From positions 1 to 64,000 of the IMG/VR virus record IMGVR_UViG_3300044946_000078: DNA of 64,000 nucleotides; one strand, given 5' to 3'. Shown here piece by piece: positions 55,787 through 64,000 of the stretch. Under the pieces are notes generated by a model that was not told the DNA's origin, did not search any database, and worked only from the letters and a program-made list of their open reading frames with translations. Position numbers and translations under genes: made by a program. Position 1 is the first letter of the stretch, and the number at the start of each line of letters is the position of its first letter. The DNA comes from a virus.

Positions 55787-56496
55787 CCAATAACATAATC
55801 AATTAATGGTTTAGCCTCCCATGATTCATGCCCAACTAATAATTCTCCTGAATTTACTTTTTCTGTATATTCATGATGAACAGCAATTATTTCATCGAGC
55901 CATCTTGAGTATGGCTTATCATCTTCCTCCCCGTTTTCAAAGTGTTTGATTCTGATAATTCGCCTTTCTCTACCATCGCTTCCTTGGTATATAACTTCGT
56001 AGTCAGAAGCCTTTTTTGTCATAACTACTTGGCCCGAATATTCGCCACAAGTTACATATACAAAATTGGTAATTTTCTTTGGTTCTATGTTTTTTAACGG
56101 GCCTACATATGGCTTGAATATACGTAGACAGGTAACCCAACCAAGGATAGGTTTATAATTTTCAACCTCTGGATCTGTCCATAAATAACAATCTTCCTCG
56201 CGTAGAGAAAAGTACCTGAAATTAGAGGCTATATCTTTACCAGAAAGAGGATTATAGTTGAATATTTCATTTTGTGGATGTGTACCATTGTGTTCAAATA
56301 AAATAATGGAACCAGGAGAAACAATAGTTGAGTCTATTACTTCGCCTTGCACAGGCCACGTGTATCGCTTGTCCAAATTTTCCACGTCTCTTTCCAATAT
56401 GATCTTAGTTCCATCACCGAAAGTATGGAAATTTTTACCCTCTCTATCAACACGGACGACAACTCTACCTGAAACACACTTTAAATCGCTATTCAT
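55783..56496 (-). CDS. divergent tandem GroES-like protein
   Basis: LKCVSGRVVVRVD...QGEVI..VSPGSIILF, then YKPILGWV...DYEV...DEIIAV. Confidence 0.5.
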   Translation of the reverse strand: MNSDLKCVSGRVVVRVDREGKNFHTFGDGTKIILERDVENLDKRYTWPVQGEVIDSTIVSPGSIILFEHNGTHPQNEIFNYNPLSGKDIASNFRYFSLREEDCYLWTDPEVENYKPILGWVTCLRIFKPYVGPLKNIEPKKITNFVYVTCGEYSGQVVMTKKASDYEVIYQGSDGRERRIIRIKHFENGEEDDKPYSRWLDEIIAVHHEYTEKVNSGELLVGHESWEAKPLIDYVIG

Positions 56497-56516
56497 ATAA
56501 CTAAATTTATACACTT

Positions 56517-57275
56517 TTAGGGACGCGTCAAAATCCAATCTTTCATGATCTTGGGATGATCTTCTGGTATTGGCTTTAGGTCATTAGGTCCAAACCATCG
56601 TTGTGGGATGAATATATCAGAGCCATCCAACTTCTTATCATGATCAACCAGAAACACCTTTTCCTGCATGTGAATGACCTTATCTTTCATTATTCGCCTG
56701 TCTCGTATGAATCCATAATGCCAGATATTTATTTTGTCTATGTACTCTACATTTGCGGCAGGAACGGCGAGGCTTTCACCATCTCCATAGGATATATATT
56801 CGCTTTTTGCTAGTCGAACAATGATCCTAGAGCATGGATTTCGCTCTCCTTCAACATCAATATACAGGTATGGAGATTCCCAAAGATTCAATCGGGTGCA
56901 AAAGAAGGCTTCATTATCAGTCTCAATAGCTTTGCGCACCCATTTTATTGAATTATCATGTAAAATTTCATCCCCCTGAACAAGTAGATTCCAATCTGTA
57001 TCTAATGCTTCAATAGCTATATTTTGAAAGTACGCAAGTTTTTGCCATCCTGATTGGGCTTCCCAATCCGAATAGGGAAGATAGATTACCTTTAAATTAT
57101 GATGAATTGATTCCAGCCACTTTAATACGCTTGTAGTTGTATCAGTAGACCCAGCATCTACTACCGAGACTTTATCGCAGAATTGACATAAAGATTCTAT
57201 CGTTTCTTTATAGCAATAATCAAACGTCTCTCCATTATGGACAAATAATGTCCCTCCAAGTGATTTCGCCATCAA
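56517..57275 (-). CDS. glycosyltransferase family 2
   Basis: VVDAGSTDTT, LLVQGDE and IWHYG. Confidence 0.85.
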   Translation of the reverse strand: MMAKSLGGTLFVHNGETFDYCYKETIESLCQFCDKVSVVDAGSTDTTTSVLKWLESIHHNLKVIYLPYSDWEAQSGWQKLAYFQNIAIEALDTDWNLLVQGDEILHDNSIKWVRKAIETDNEAFFCTRLNLWESPYLYIDVEGERNPCSRIIVRLAKSEYISYGDGESLAVPAANVEYIDKINIWHYGFIRDRRIMKDKVIHMQEKVFLVDHDKKLDGSDIFIPQRWFGPNDLKPIPEDHPKIMKDWILTRP

Positions 57276-57901
57276 TTACGTTTTAAAAGTAAAACACGGA
57301 ATCCATTCCACCATTCATTTGAATCACTTTCCTTGCCATTCCACAGCAGGTTATCGTATAGCACTTCTAGTCCGGCGTCTTTAATACCGTCGTCTGTTCC
57401 TATTTTAACTGAATCCCAAGAGGCATCATCTACTAGCATTACAAATTCCTCATACATCATGGGGGCAAAATGAGTTACGGCTTTTTTCTGACTTTCATAA
57501 TCATGTCCTCCGTCATATAGGTAAAGATCAACCGTAGGAATATCGTGGATCTTCTGTATATCCCAACAATTCTTTTCCCATAATTGATGCCGGCCCAAAT
57601 ATCGTTCACAGTTTTCAATGAATTGATCTTTTGTACGGCCGTTGTTATTGAATTCACAAAAAGAATCACAAGCGAACGCCCCTCCGACTAATCCAAGTTC
57701 ATTTTTATAGCAGGTGCTTATATATGTAGATCCTATGTGAGACCCTACTTCAAAATAGGCCGTCGCTAAGAAGCCAAGATTATTGAGTAAATGACGGATT
57801 TTAATGCTCGTAAACCCACCAACTGATAATGGTCCATCATCTAATTGAGATATATGGTTATTAGCGTTTTCTATTGCTTGTTCTATTAATTGAATTTCCA
57901 T
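57272..57901 (-). CDS. class I SAM-dependent methyltransferase (Methyltransf_24-like)
   Basis: YFEVGSHIGST, YLYDGGHDY and VDD. Confidence 0.85.
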   Translation of the reverse strand: MEIQLIEQAIENANNHISQLDDGPLSVGGFTSIKIRHLLNNLGFLATAYFEVGSHIGSTYISTCYKNELGLVGGAFACDSFCEFNNNGRTKDQFIENCERYLGRHQLWEKNCWDIQKIHDIPTVDLYLYDGGHDYESQKKAVTHFAPMMYEEFVMLVDDASWDSVKIGTDDGIKDAGLEVLYDNLLWNGKESDSNEWWNGFRVLLLKRN

Positions 57902-58494
57902 ATTTCGGTTTTTATTTTTTCAAAAATATCTTCTATTTCATGCTTATGTTCTTTCCCACTAAATCGCTTGTCCTTCCAAGCAAAGAAGGCCCCTATATTT
58001 AATTTTTCGTGAAAATTTGGGAATACAATAGTTGAATATCCTTTTTTATGAAAGTCTTCTGGTAGCCATCCTGAATGATGATGATCTGGATTAGCATCAT
58101 CTTCTAACAGGTATTCGCCTAAAGGAGTAAAGAATATTTGCGTTACAGACAAATCCTCCATTTCTTTCATTAATCGGAATCCATTCTCTTTTGTTAGATG
58201 TTCTATGCCGTCTAAGCACACCATTACATCGGCTCCCCATCTACCAAAATTAATGGCTGATAAAAAATCAAACACATCTGATTTTATGAATAGATCATTT
58301 TTTCCAATGTTTACTATTGGCCGCTCTTGAATATCAACATATATTTTACTCCTAAAATCCAATCTGCTTGTTTGACTCCCTTCACAACACATTAAATCAA
58401 TAAAAGTATCCGTTGGTTCGCTCCAAGAAAGCAACATCTTCATGACGCATAAATGTATTTCTGAATTCCCAGGACTACCTATAATTATTTGCAT
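57886..58494 (-). CDS. putative SAM-dependent methyltransferase
   Basis: IDLMCCEG, YVDI, CLDGIEHL, FFTP and HHSGW. Confidence 0.7.
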   Translation of the reverse strand: MQIIIGSPGNSEIHLCVMKMLLSWSEPTDTFIDLMCCEGSQTSRLDFRSKIYVDIQERPIVNIGKNDLFIKSDVFDFLSAINFGRWGADVMVCLDGIEHLTKENGFRLMKEMEDLSVTQIFFTPLGEYLLEDDANPDHHHSGWLPEDFHKKGYSTIVFPNFHEKLNIGAFFAWKDKRFSGKEHKHEIEDIFEKIKTEIWKFN

Positions 58495-58733
58495 TTAGAA
58501 AAAGTTACATTAACATTAAGATGAGGAACATATAATACTTTCCCTGTGTCTACAGCCGACAATATTCGTTCATTAAATAGTAATACTGCTTTTTCATGGA
58601 TCATCATAGATACGTCACTTTCTGAAGTAAGCCAATCAAAATAATCATTAGCCCGTTCAATGACATTTTGGTCGCTTATTTTTACAGCACATTCAAGTGC
58701 GATACCTCTAAGATTTTTTAATTCGTTTGTCAT
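58485..58733 (-). CDS. hypothetical protein
   Basis: Coupled ORF. Confidence 0.55.
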   Translation of the reverse strand: MTNELKNLRGIALECAVKISDQNVIERANDYFDWLTSESDVSMMIHEKAVLLFNERILSAVDTGKVLYVPHLNVNVTFSKCK

Positions 58734-58939
58734 TTTCTGGCATTTATAAAAGCGGTTACTAATTCTTTTCTAGCGGGAGGCATATTTTCAAATTCTGGAC
58801 TATTGTACATGCATTCCATCATGTCAACAAATGGCTTAGGGGCATGTTTGGCATTTTTTAGAAATTGCTTTTTTTGTTTCTTCCAATGAGATAGGAATAT
58901 ATTAGCCTGTTCAGCCGTTAAGGTATACTCTTTTTTCAT
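58730..58939 (-). CDS. hypothetical protein
   Basis: ATGA-coupled ORF. Confidence 0.55.
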   Translation of the reverse strand: MKKEYTLTAEQANIFLSHWKKQKKQFLKNAKHAPKPFVDMMECMYNSPEFENMPPARKELVTAFINARK

Positions 58940-60387
58940 GGCAGTTTTGTTTGAGGCGAAGAGACCATTTTATAAAGAACCTTTATCACATCCCCGGTTG
59001 TAAATTGAACACAAGGAGGATTTTTTTTATCTATATAACAATCTAATCCTTCGGTCCCTCCTGCTATTCTGTGCCAACATTTTGGAGTATCACACTTATC
59101 TTGTAGTTCTATTGGGTAAACATTCTCCAATGTTGGATATACTTTACGCGGATCTACTGAACCAAAGAAAATTGCGCAAGGAACACCAAAGGCGTTTGCT
59201 ATGTGTGCTGGCCCACTATCTATCCCAATGAAGTAATCAGCCCCACCTACAACCCATTTCATTAGTGCCTCATTTGGGGTTTTCATTGAAATTGCTCCCT
59301 CAATGGATTTATGCTCATTTAACCCTATCTGAATGACCGTGTATCCTGATACACTTATCCAATGGACTATTTTCTGCCAATCAATATTCCCCTGAATATT
59401 TCGCCCCTCTTGAGGTCTATCTGCTAGATGAAGGACTATATATCGATCAAACATCTTTTGAGCGCCAGCAGGGTCAAAGGTAAGGCTTAATTTAGGGGCT
59501 TTCAATTCCATTTCATCTTCGGGGACTTCGCAGTATTGAAAATAAGATTTTAGGTAGTTTTGATGCGGACTCGTTTCATAGGAAAGATCAAGATTATATA
59601 TTTTTGCAGTCTCTAAAACGCGCCCATCCATTTCTTCTAATCGATGTACTTTAAAATAATGTGGGACGAATAAGTTATAGAATTGTGGGAGGGTATCTAA
59701 GACAACCTGATAACCATTTTTATGAAAGTAGTTTAAGACTGGCTCTGTCAGAATAACATCCCCCATCGCTGCTGTTCTTTTGATAATTACGACTGGCTTG
59801 TATCGTTCATGGAAATATCCGTGATGTCCAAATGTCGGCTTTGTGGGGGCCCGCAATTCAAAAGAAAATCCCTCGGCAAGTTCAACCGAAGCCCATTTTA
59901 AACCATATTCTTCTTGTAAATAGGGCCTGTAGACTGTACAAATGGCCCGATCTTCCGGATGCGTGATCTTTATATTGTCATCAGTTCCTATTGCTTTACA
60001 CAATTTATGGGATCGCCAAGATAGTCCGCCATTCCCCACCTCCATTCCGTCGGATTCTAGCCAAGGAGCCCCGCAATAGTCCACATCAAAAAGCCGATCA
60101 TCGAACGCATCCCCATCAATAATAAGCCCATCATGTTGAACCGTAATGCAAAAGTCTGTATCAAAGTATTTCCATAATTCTTTGACCATGAACCTACTAT
60201 ATTCTTGGATACTCTTTATGGAAGGGATTTGAACTACTTCAACATCTGGATGCGAAATGGCTATATCTGTAAGTAAAATGGCCCTTTGTGGTTTTATATG
60301 TTTTAATCCCAATAACAATGCCCCTAACCCTCTCCCAGGCGAATAACAGTCAACAGCGATAAGCGTTACATTTTTTAACTCCCGCAT
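58936..60387 (-). CDS. DUF5672 - GT9 (heptosyltransferase-like) fusion glycosyltransferase
   Basis: N half: VQHDG, DYCGAPW, VGNGGLSWRS, PED, FGHH. C half: AAMGDVIL, FIGIDSGPAHIA. Confidence 0.85.
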   Translation of the reverse strand: MRELKNVTLIAVDCYSPGRGLGALLLGLKHIKPQRAILLTDIAISHPDVEVVQIPSIKSIQEYSRFMVKELWKYFDTDFCITVQHDGLIIDGDAFDDRLFDVDYCGAPWLESDGMEVGNGGLSWRSHKLCKAIGTDDNIKITHPEDRAICTVYRPYLQEEYGLKWASVELAEGFSFELRAPTKPTFGHHGYFHERYKPVVIIKRTAAMGDVILTEPVLNYFHKNGYQVVLDTLPQFYNLFVPHYFKVHRLEEMDGRVLETAKIYNLDLSYETSPHQNYLKSYFQYCEVPEDEMELKAPKLSLTFDPAGAQKMFDRYIVLHLADRPQEGRNIQGNIDWQKIVHWISVSGYTVIQIGLNEHKSIEGAISMKTPNEALMKWVVGGADYFIGIDSGPAHIANAFGVPCAIFFGSVDPRKVYPTLENVYPIELQDKCDTPKCWHRIAGGTEGLDCYIDKKNPPCVQFTTGDVIKVLYKMVSSPQTKLP

Positions 60388-60456
60388 TCAGAATTATTTT
60401 GTTATTTTGATGTTAATGGCGTTAGCCTATTTTATTAACACAATAAATTTTTTATT

Positions 60457-60741
60457 ATGGCATCCGGTTTTCACTTTTTCGCGTACGGAACAGTCCAAAC
60501 GTATGATTCTTATAATGGGGGTTACCAAATGACCCTGTATAGGAATGCCCCCGTCTACAAAGTAGAGCCAACGGGATCGGTTGTCGGAGTTACCGATGTT
60601 AGCCCAGCAGAGCCACTTGGCAACTGGATGATTAATTCGATCGTTGAGATTCAACCGACAGGTCTCAATGTCAAGTCACAAAAATTTGCATGTGATGCGC
60701 TTGCTTCTGCACTATTGGCAGAAATCAATGGTGGCGGCTAG
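60457..60741 (+). CDS. stand-alone hypothetical protein on the opposite strand
   Basis: AT-rich leader and its own terminator. Confidence 0.7.
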   Translation: MASGFHFFAYGTVQTYDSYNGGYQMTLYRNAPVYKVEPTGSVVGVTDVSPAEPLGNWMINSIVEIQPTGLNVKSQKFACDALASALLAEINGGG

Positions 60742-60758
60742 TATTTAAATGGTTAGTT

Positions 60759-60795
60759 AAAAAGCGCCTTGTATCTACGGGGCGCTTTTCTTTTT
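60759..60795. terminator. bidirectional terminator
   Basis: AAAAAGCGCCTT-GTATCTAC-GGGGCGCTTTTCTTTTT. Confidence 0.8.
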
Positions 60796-60898
60796 ACTTT
60801 TTGGGCTTTCCCCCTGGCTTAGGCTTAGGAAAACTTGGTGCCGGTGGCATACCTTTGGGTTTGGTCATCGGCGGCTGTTTAGATCCACATTCTTTCAT
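60794..60898 (-). CDS. Pro/Lys-rich basic peptide (34 aa)
   Basis: Manually translated MKECGSKQPPMTKPKGMPPAPSFPKPKPGGKPKK. Confidence 0.5.
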   Translation of the reverse strand: MKECGSKQPPMTKPKGMPPAPSFPKPKPGGKPKK

Positions 60899-60931
60899 GA
60901 TTACATAGTTTTATGCTAGTAAATATAGCTA

Positions 60932-61174
60932 TTATTCAGCAGATTCAAAAGCTACCGCTATCCAAGATTTAGTTATACCATCAGCTTGGTAAAGGTAGGT
61001 TATTGTTGTTTTGTATTCCTCTCCGGTAGGATGTTCGTCTTCTCCGGCTACTTCCTGGAAGATCAAAGGATCTCCTATTTTAAGGGGCTTATTGGCCTTA
61101 ATTAGCTTAAAGGGGACTTTACCTTCTTTGATGGAATTAAATTCGCTTTTAGATACTTCGATTAAATGAGTCAT
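60932..61174 (-). CDS. ASCH/PUA-like (DUF3850-type) protein
   Basis: EFNSIKEGK..F...LKIGDPLIFQE...TG...ITY. Confidence 0.75.
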   Translation of the reverse strand: MTHLIEVSKSEFNSIKEGKVPFKLIKANKPLKIGDPLIFQEVAGEDEHPTGEEYKTTITYLYQADGITKSWIAVAFESAE

Positions 61175-61530
61175 TGTATTTTATTGTTTTTAATTGATGG
61201 ATATTCGTCTATTTGCTTTACATAGAAATTATAGCAACTGTAAGGGAACCTAAATCCTCTTGGCCTTACTATTCTATTATCATATTCAAATTTGTCGAAC
61301 TCTTGCACTCCTTCAAAATCCAAAGTTTTTACATGGGCTAAAAGTTCATCGTAATCTTCTTTTATCAAATGCAATTGAGACATAAAAGAGGATGGGCAAC
61401 CATAATAATCCATAAGTTTAGAGTAGTCAAAAAGAATCGTATATACATTGGCTTCGCTATCTGGCCTAAATGATTCTCCTAAGAAATAACAAAGTCGATC
61501 TATGTTATATTCATATCCTTCTTTAGTCAT
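61171..61530 (-). CDS. hypothetical protein
   Basis: ATGA-coupled ORF. Confidence 0.6.
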   Translation of the reverse strand: MTKEGYEYNIDRLCYFLGESFRPDSEANVYTILFDYSKLMDYYGCPSSFMSQLHLIKEDYDELLAHVKTLDFEGVQEFDKFEYDNRIVRPRGFRFPYSCYNFYVKQIDEYPSIKNNKIQ

Positions 61531-61534
61531 TGGA

Positions 61535-61852
61535 TTAGGGTATTAAATGGTTATTATTAAGAAACGCACTACAATCTTCTATAGCATGTAAAAGACTTTC
61601 TTCGTCAGATATGTTTTCGGCCAAGTAAAGAAAACTACAGCTATACGACTCATTTTCTTTTATAAACGGATTATCCCAGCAGTTGAAGTTATCGTGACGA
61701 TTCCTATGTGGTGAATCTAATTCTACTGAATCAATATCATATACAAGCCTAATTTCATAGGAATGATTCTTGAATAGCAGTAACCTAAAACTTATCCCTT
61801 CAAAATCTATATATTCAGGAAGAGACAAAAGTTCCTTTACCAAGTCCGTCAT
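61535..61852 (-). CDS. hypothetical protein
   Basis: ATGA-coupled ORF. Confidence 0.6.
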   Translation of the reverse strand: MTDLVKELLSLPEYIDFEGISFRLLLFKNHSYEIRLVYDIDSVELDSPHRNRHDNFNCWDNPFIKENESYSCSFLYLAENISDEESLLHAIEDCSAFLNNNHLIP

Positions 61853-62145
61853 GGCTTCTTTGTTTTAACGGTATCCGCAATAATCTGTGGCCTTAGCTTA
61901 GCAATTAACCTTTGTTGCCATACTTGTAGACTGTCTTCTGTAGCTTTTACCTGAAGGTGAGGCGCATTACTTTGTTCGACTAGTTGCTGGGCGGCTGCTA
62001 ATATTCCAATTAGGTTTTGCCAATCCTGAACAGTTCCTTTGAAGGAGTATGTATGTTGAGGTAATACCGGATCAGCGGTCTTTTGGGCAATAGTCACATT
62101 AAAACTCAAGATACTTACGACTAGTAGGCCGCATAATACTTTCAT
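61849..62145 (-). CDS. secreted small helical protein
   Basis: Signal peptide MKVLCGLLVVSILSFNVTIA followed by Q. Confidence 0.6.
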   Translation of the reverse strand: MKVLCGLLVVSILSFNVTIAQKTADPVLPQHTYSFKGTVQDWQNLIGILAAAQQLVEQSNAPHLQVKATEDSLQVWQQRLIAKLRPQIIADTVKTKKP

Positions 62146-62398
62146 ACTTTTTCTTTTTTGCTCTTTCATATTTTAAACGTTTTTCTAGTTTAATTCTTTT
62201 TTGTTCTTCTCGATGTTTCATGAATGCAAAAGCCTTGGCATAATCTTCTTGAGTCATTCTTTTGGCTTTTACATTTAGCATACTTTCCCATACTTGATAT
62301 ATCCTATAAGGGAAGACCATCTTTTCAGCAAACTCCTTTAGATCGTTGTAGTTTTTACTTTTGAATACCTGTCCCTCTATGTGTAGTTCAAATCTCAC
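62099..62398 (-). CDS. hypothetical basic protein
   Basis: ORF in operon. Confidence 0.55.
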   Translation of the reverse strand: MRFELHIEGQVFKSKNYNDLKEFAEKMVFPYRIYQVWESMLNVKAKRMTQEDYAKAFAFMKHREEQKRIKLEKRLKYERAKKKKYESIMRPTSRKYLEF

Positions 62399-62694
62399 AG
62401 GCTAAGGAGATATTCCATTAAGTAAAGAACATGGGCCATTTGTATCATGCCTTCGTTATTTAATCTATCTTTTGAAAAATCCTTTGCTGTAAGCCATAAT
62501 TCCTTTTTTTGATCAATGGGCAGATCCTCGATGGCAGTAAACCGGTTGGCCCTTACAAATGATCCGTATATGTTATTCATTAATACCCGAACAGAATCAC
62601 AACCTACGAGCCCATTTAAGTAGCCTATTTGATCTTTTTGGAAAGTCTCCAACTGCTTAATGGCCAATTTATATTCAATCGACTGAGGGATCAT
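62395..62694 (-). CDS. hypothetical protein
   Basis: Likely start MIPQS. Confidence 0.55.
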   Translation of the reverse strand: MIPQSIEYKLAIKQLETFQKDQIGYLNGLVGCDSVRVLMNNIYGSFVRANRFTAIEDLPIDQKKELWLTAKDFSKDRLNNEGMIQMAHVLYLMEYLLSL

Positions 62695-63298
62695 CTTCTG
62701 CACCACGGAAATCTTTATAAAGTTCCATAAAAGTTTGAGCATCTACATCATGCGTCATGCGCGGACCGTCACCCCTACCCATAATTTTATTTTGGGCATG
62801 TTGTTCATATCGAATGTTTTGAAGTGATTCCCATCGCTCTTGCCTATAGGTTTCAAAGAGTTTAAAGAACGTTGACATATCCATCTTATAGCCTATCTCT
62901 CCTATTTTCCCCCGTACCAAATCCCTTAAAAAAAGTAAAATGTCCTCTAAGGCTAATCGGTCTTCATGGGAGGTGTCTATAATCGCTTCTGCAAGTTCAA
63001 AGGTCTGATCATCGTCCATTCCGTACTTTACATTCATATTGTTGAATGCGCTTACTAAAGAGGCTGATATGGCTGCTGAAACCCGCATACGCCCGTCTTT
63101 TTGTAAAAGCAATTCAGGGATACGATCAAATGGGGCTATTGCAAGCGTTTTGGAATGATCAATAGCTCCGAACTGGTTTCTAAACTCAGACAGCCTTGAG
63201 GAAATCGCCTTGTTGTCCTTCGCCTCCATAATGCTTAGCATGGGCGCTTTGCGTTCCGGTAACTGTTGGTCCGGTTGTCCTGTGTTGTTGTTGTCCAT
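62675..63298 (-). CDS. putative replication accessory protein (helicase-loader position)
   Basis: LALEDILLFLRDLVRGKIG motif; follows the initiator-like gene. Confidence 0.5.
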   Translation of the reverse strand: MDNNNTGQPDQQLPERKAPMLSIMEAKDNKAISSRLSEFRNQFGAIDHSKTLAIAPFDRIPELLLQKDGRMRVSAAISASLVSAFNNMNVKYGMDDDQTFELAEAIIDTSHEDRLALEDILLFLRDLVRGKIGEIGYKMDMSTFFKLFETYRQERWESLQNIRYEQHAQNKIMGRGDGPRMTHDVDAQTFMELYKDFRGAEDDPSVD

Positions 63299-63548
63299 AT
63301 CCTATTCCATTGTCTGTTTTAAGCTCAAACAAGCCTTTCCAGCCGTTTGCAATACTTTGATCTATTATTTTCATGGCAACTTCCTCGCGCCCTTGGCTAA
63401 TGTCTACCAAGGCCTTTAATGCTCCCTGTTCGCCTATTGTCTTATATTTAAAACCAAACTGCTCTACCTTGAAATCTTTCCACAGTTCCCATTTGTCTTT
63501 GAATGCTTCCCCAAAGGGTAAGACAACTATTCTTTCTTTCCGTTCCAT
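63186..63548 (-). CDS. replication-initiator C-terminal-like domain protein
   Basis: FKDKWELWKDFK...IIDQSIANGWKGLFELK; likely start MERKE. Confidence 0.6.
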   Translation of the reverse strand: MERKERIVVLPFGEAFKDKWELWKDFKVEQFGFKYKTIGEQGALKALVDISQGREEVAMKIIDQSIANGWKGLFELKTDNGIGYGQQQHRTTGPTVTGTQSAHAKHYGGEGQQGDFLKAV

Positions 63549-63726
63549 TATTAACTTTTTAAAAAATAAATAATAAAAAAAATAAACGTCGCCCCCCCCT
63601 CCGACACCCCCCAAAGGGGCTCAAACATAGTGTCAGAGAGGGTTCCATCGATTTTTTCGAGGAAAAGCACCTTTTTCTCGGTTCCGTGAGAGGCCAATTT
63701 CAATCAGCTTCATCTTGTGGTGTATT

Positions 63727-64000
63727 TTAAACTGGGAAATGCTTATCAAAAAAATCACAAACTTTATTTCCTACTTTATCAATATCAGTATACTTGATTC
63801 TAAGTAGTTTGATGCCTTTTTTTAAACAAAATGCAGTCTTTAAAAAATCACTTCTTTCGCAATCTATTTTCATTCCCTTCCATTTCCTGGTATAATGCTG
63901 TTTCCCATCAAATTCAATACAGACATTATATTTGGGAATATAAAAGTCATAGAAAAACAAAGCCGGACGACCCCTGATTGAAAATTCTTTGAAATAAAAC
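63727..64000 (-). CDS. DUF559 / Vsr-like endonuclease, 5' end outside the window
   Basis: YDFYIPKYNVCIEFDGKQH...D..K...LLRI; frame open to the window edge. Confidence 0.8.
   Translation of the reverse strand, partial: FYFKEFSIRGRPALFFYDFYIPKYNVCIEFDGKQHYTRKWKGMKIDCERSDFLKTAFCLKKGIKLLRIKYTDIDKVGNKVCDFFDKHFPV

Larger units (their letters stand above)
1..64000. mobile_element. Bacteroidota tailed phage genome (podovirus, crAss-like structural module), probably near complete
   Basis: TerL, portal, MCP, ring, muzzle and lysis genes in one operon; dense small phage-type ORFs; Bacteroidota promoters; no bacterial housekeeping genes recognised. Confidence 0.93.

Noticed and set aside
23666-57669. 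Numerous 60-180 aa ORFs antisense to or nested in late genes
   Set aside because: Fully overlap well-supported CDSs; no recognisable domains
1-64000. Stop-codon reassignment, as in some crAss-like phages
   Set aside because: Long genes are intact in code 11, and TAG and TGA both end well-coupled genes
1-64000. tRNA genes, CRISPR array, DGR/reverse transcriptase, integrase
   Set aside because: None recognised by eye; tRNAscan-SE and HMM searches would be needed to exclude them fully
63961-64000. Exact circular join of position 64000 to position 1
   Set aside because: Joining directly puts the ATG at 6-4 out of frame with the endonuclease, so some sequence is missing between the ends

Overview
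The window looks like almost the whole genome of a podovirus-type Bacteroidota phage. The host is inferred from TTTG-N20-TAnnTTTG promoters and AT-rich, SD-less translation starts. Four blocks are visible. (1) A minus-strand recombination/replication block (4869->1, apparently continuing 64000->60794) with a YqaJ exonuclease, a RusA-like resolvase, RHH regulators and an initiator-like pair. (2) A plus-strand early block of small genes (5011-20274) with a TrmH RNA methyltransferase and YopX. It is interrupted by a 3.88-kb IS1595-family passenger transposon (5543-9422; 19/24 terminal inverted repeats, 8-bp AAAACAAA target duplication) and contains a non-coding C-rich/G-rich switch at ~10.1-10.6 kb (candidate terminus, pac site or origin). 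(3) A lone plus-strand gene at 60457. (4) A 40-kb minus-strand late operon: glycosyl/methyltransferase cluster, GroES-like genes, terminase, portal, scaffold, major capsid, three ring proteins, muzzle, ejection proteins, double-SGNH tail fibre, patatin, holin candidates and DUF1906 endolysin. The virion module is crAss-like in layout, but no virion RNA polymerase, DNA polymerase, primase, helicase or integrase was recognised. Most notable observations: a circularly permuted histidine phosphatase inside the 1915-aa putative ejection protein; transposon cargo comprising an HTH plus sigma-region-2-only pair and a highly structured RNA leader; a glycosylation cluster heading the morphogenesis operon; and repeat-flanked single-gene insertions. 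All functional calls come from motif recognition by eye, not database searches.
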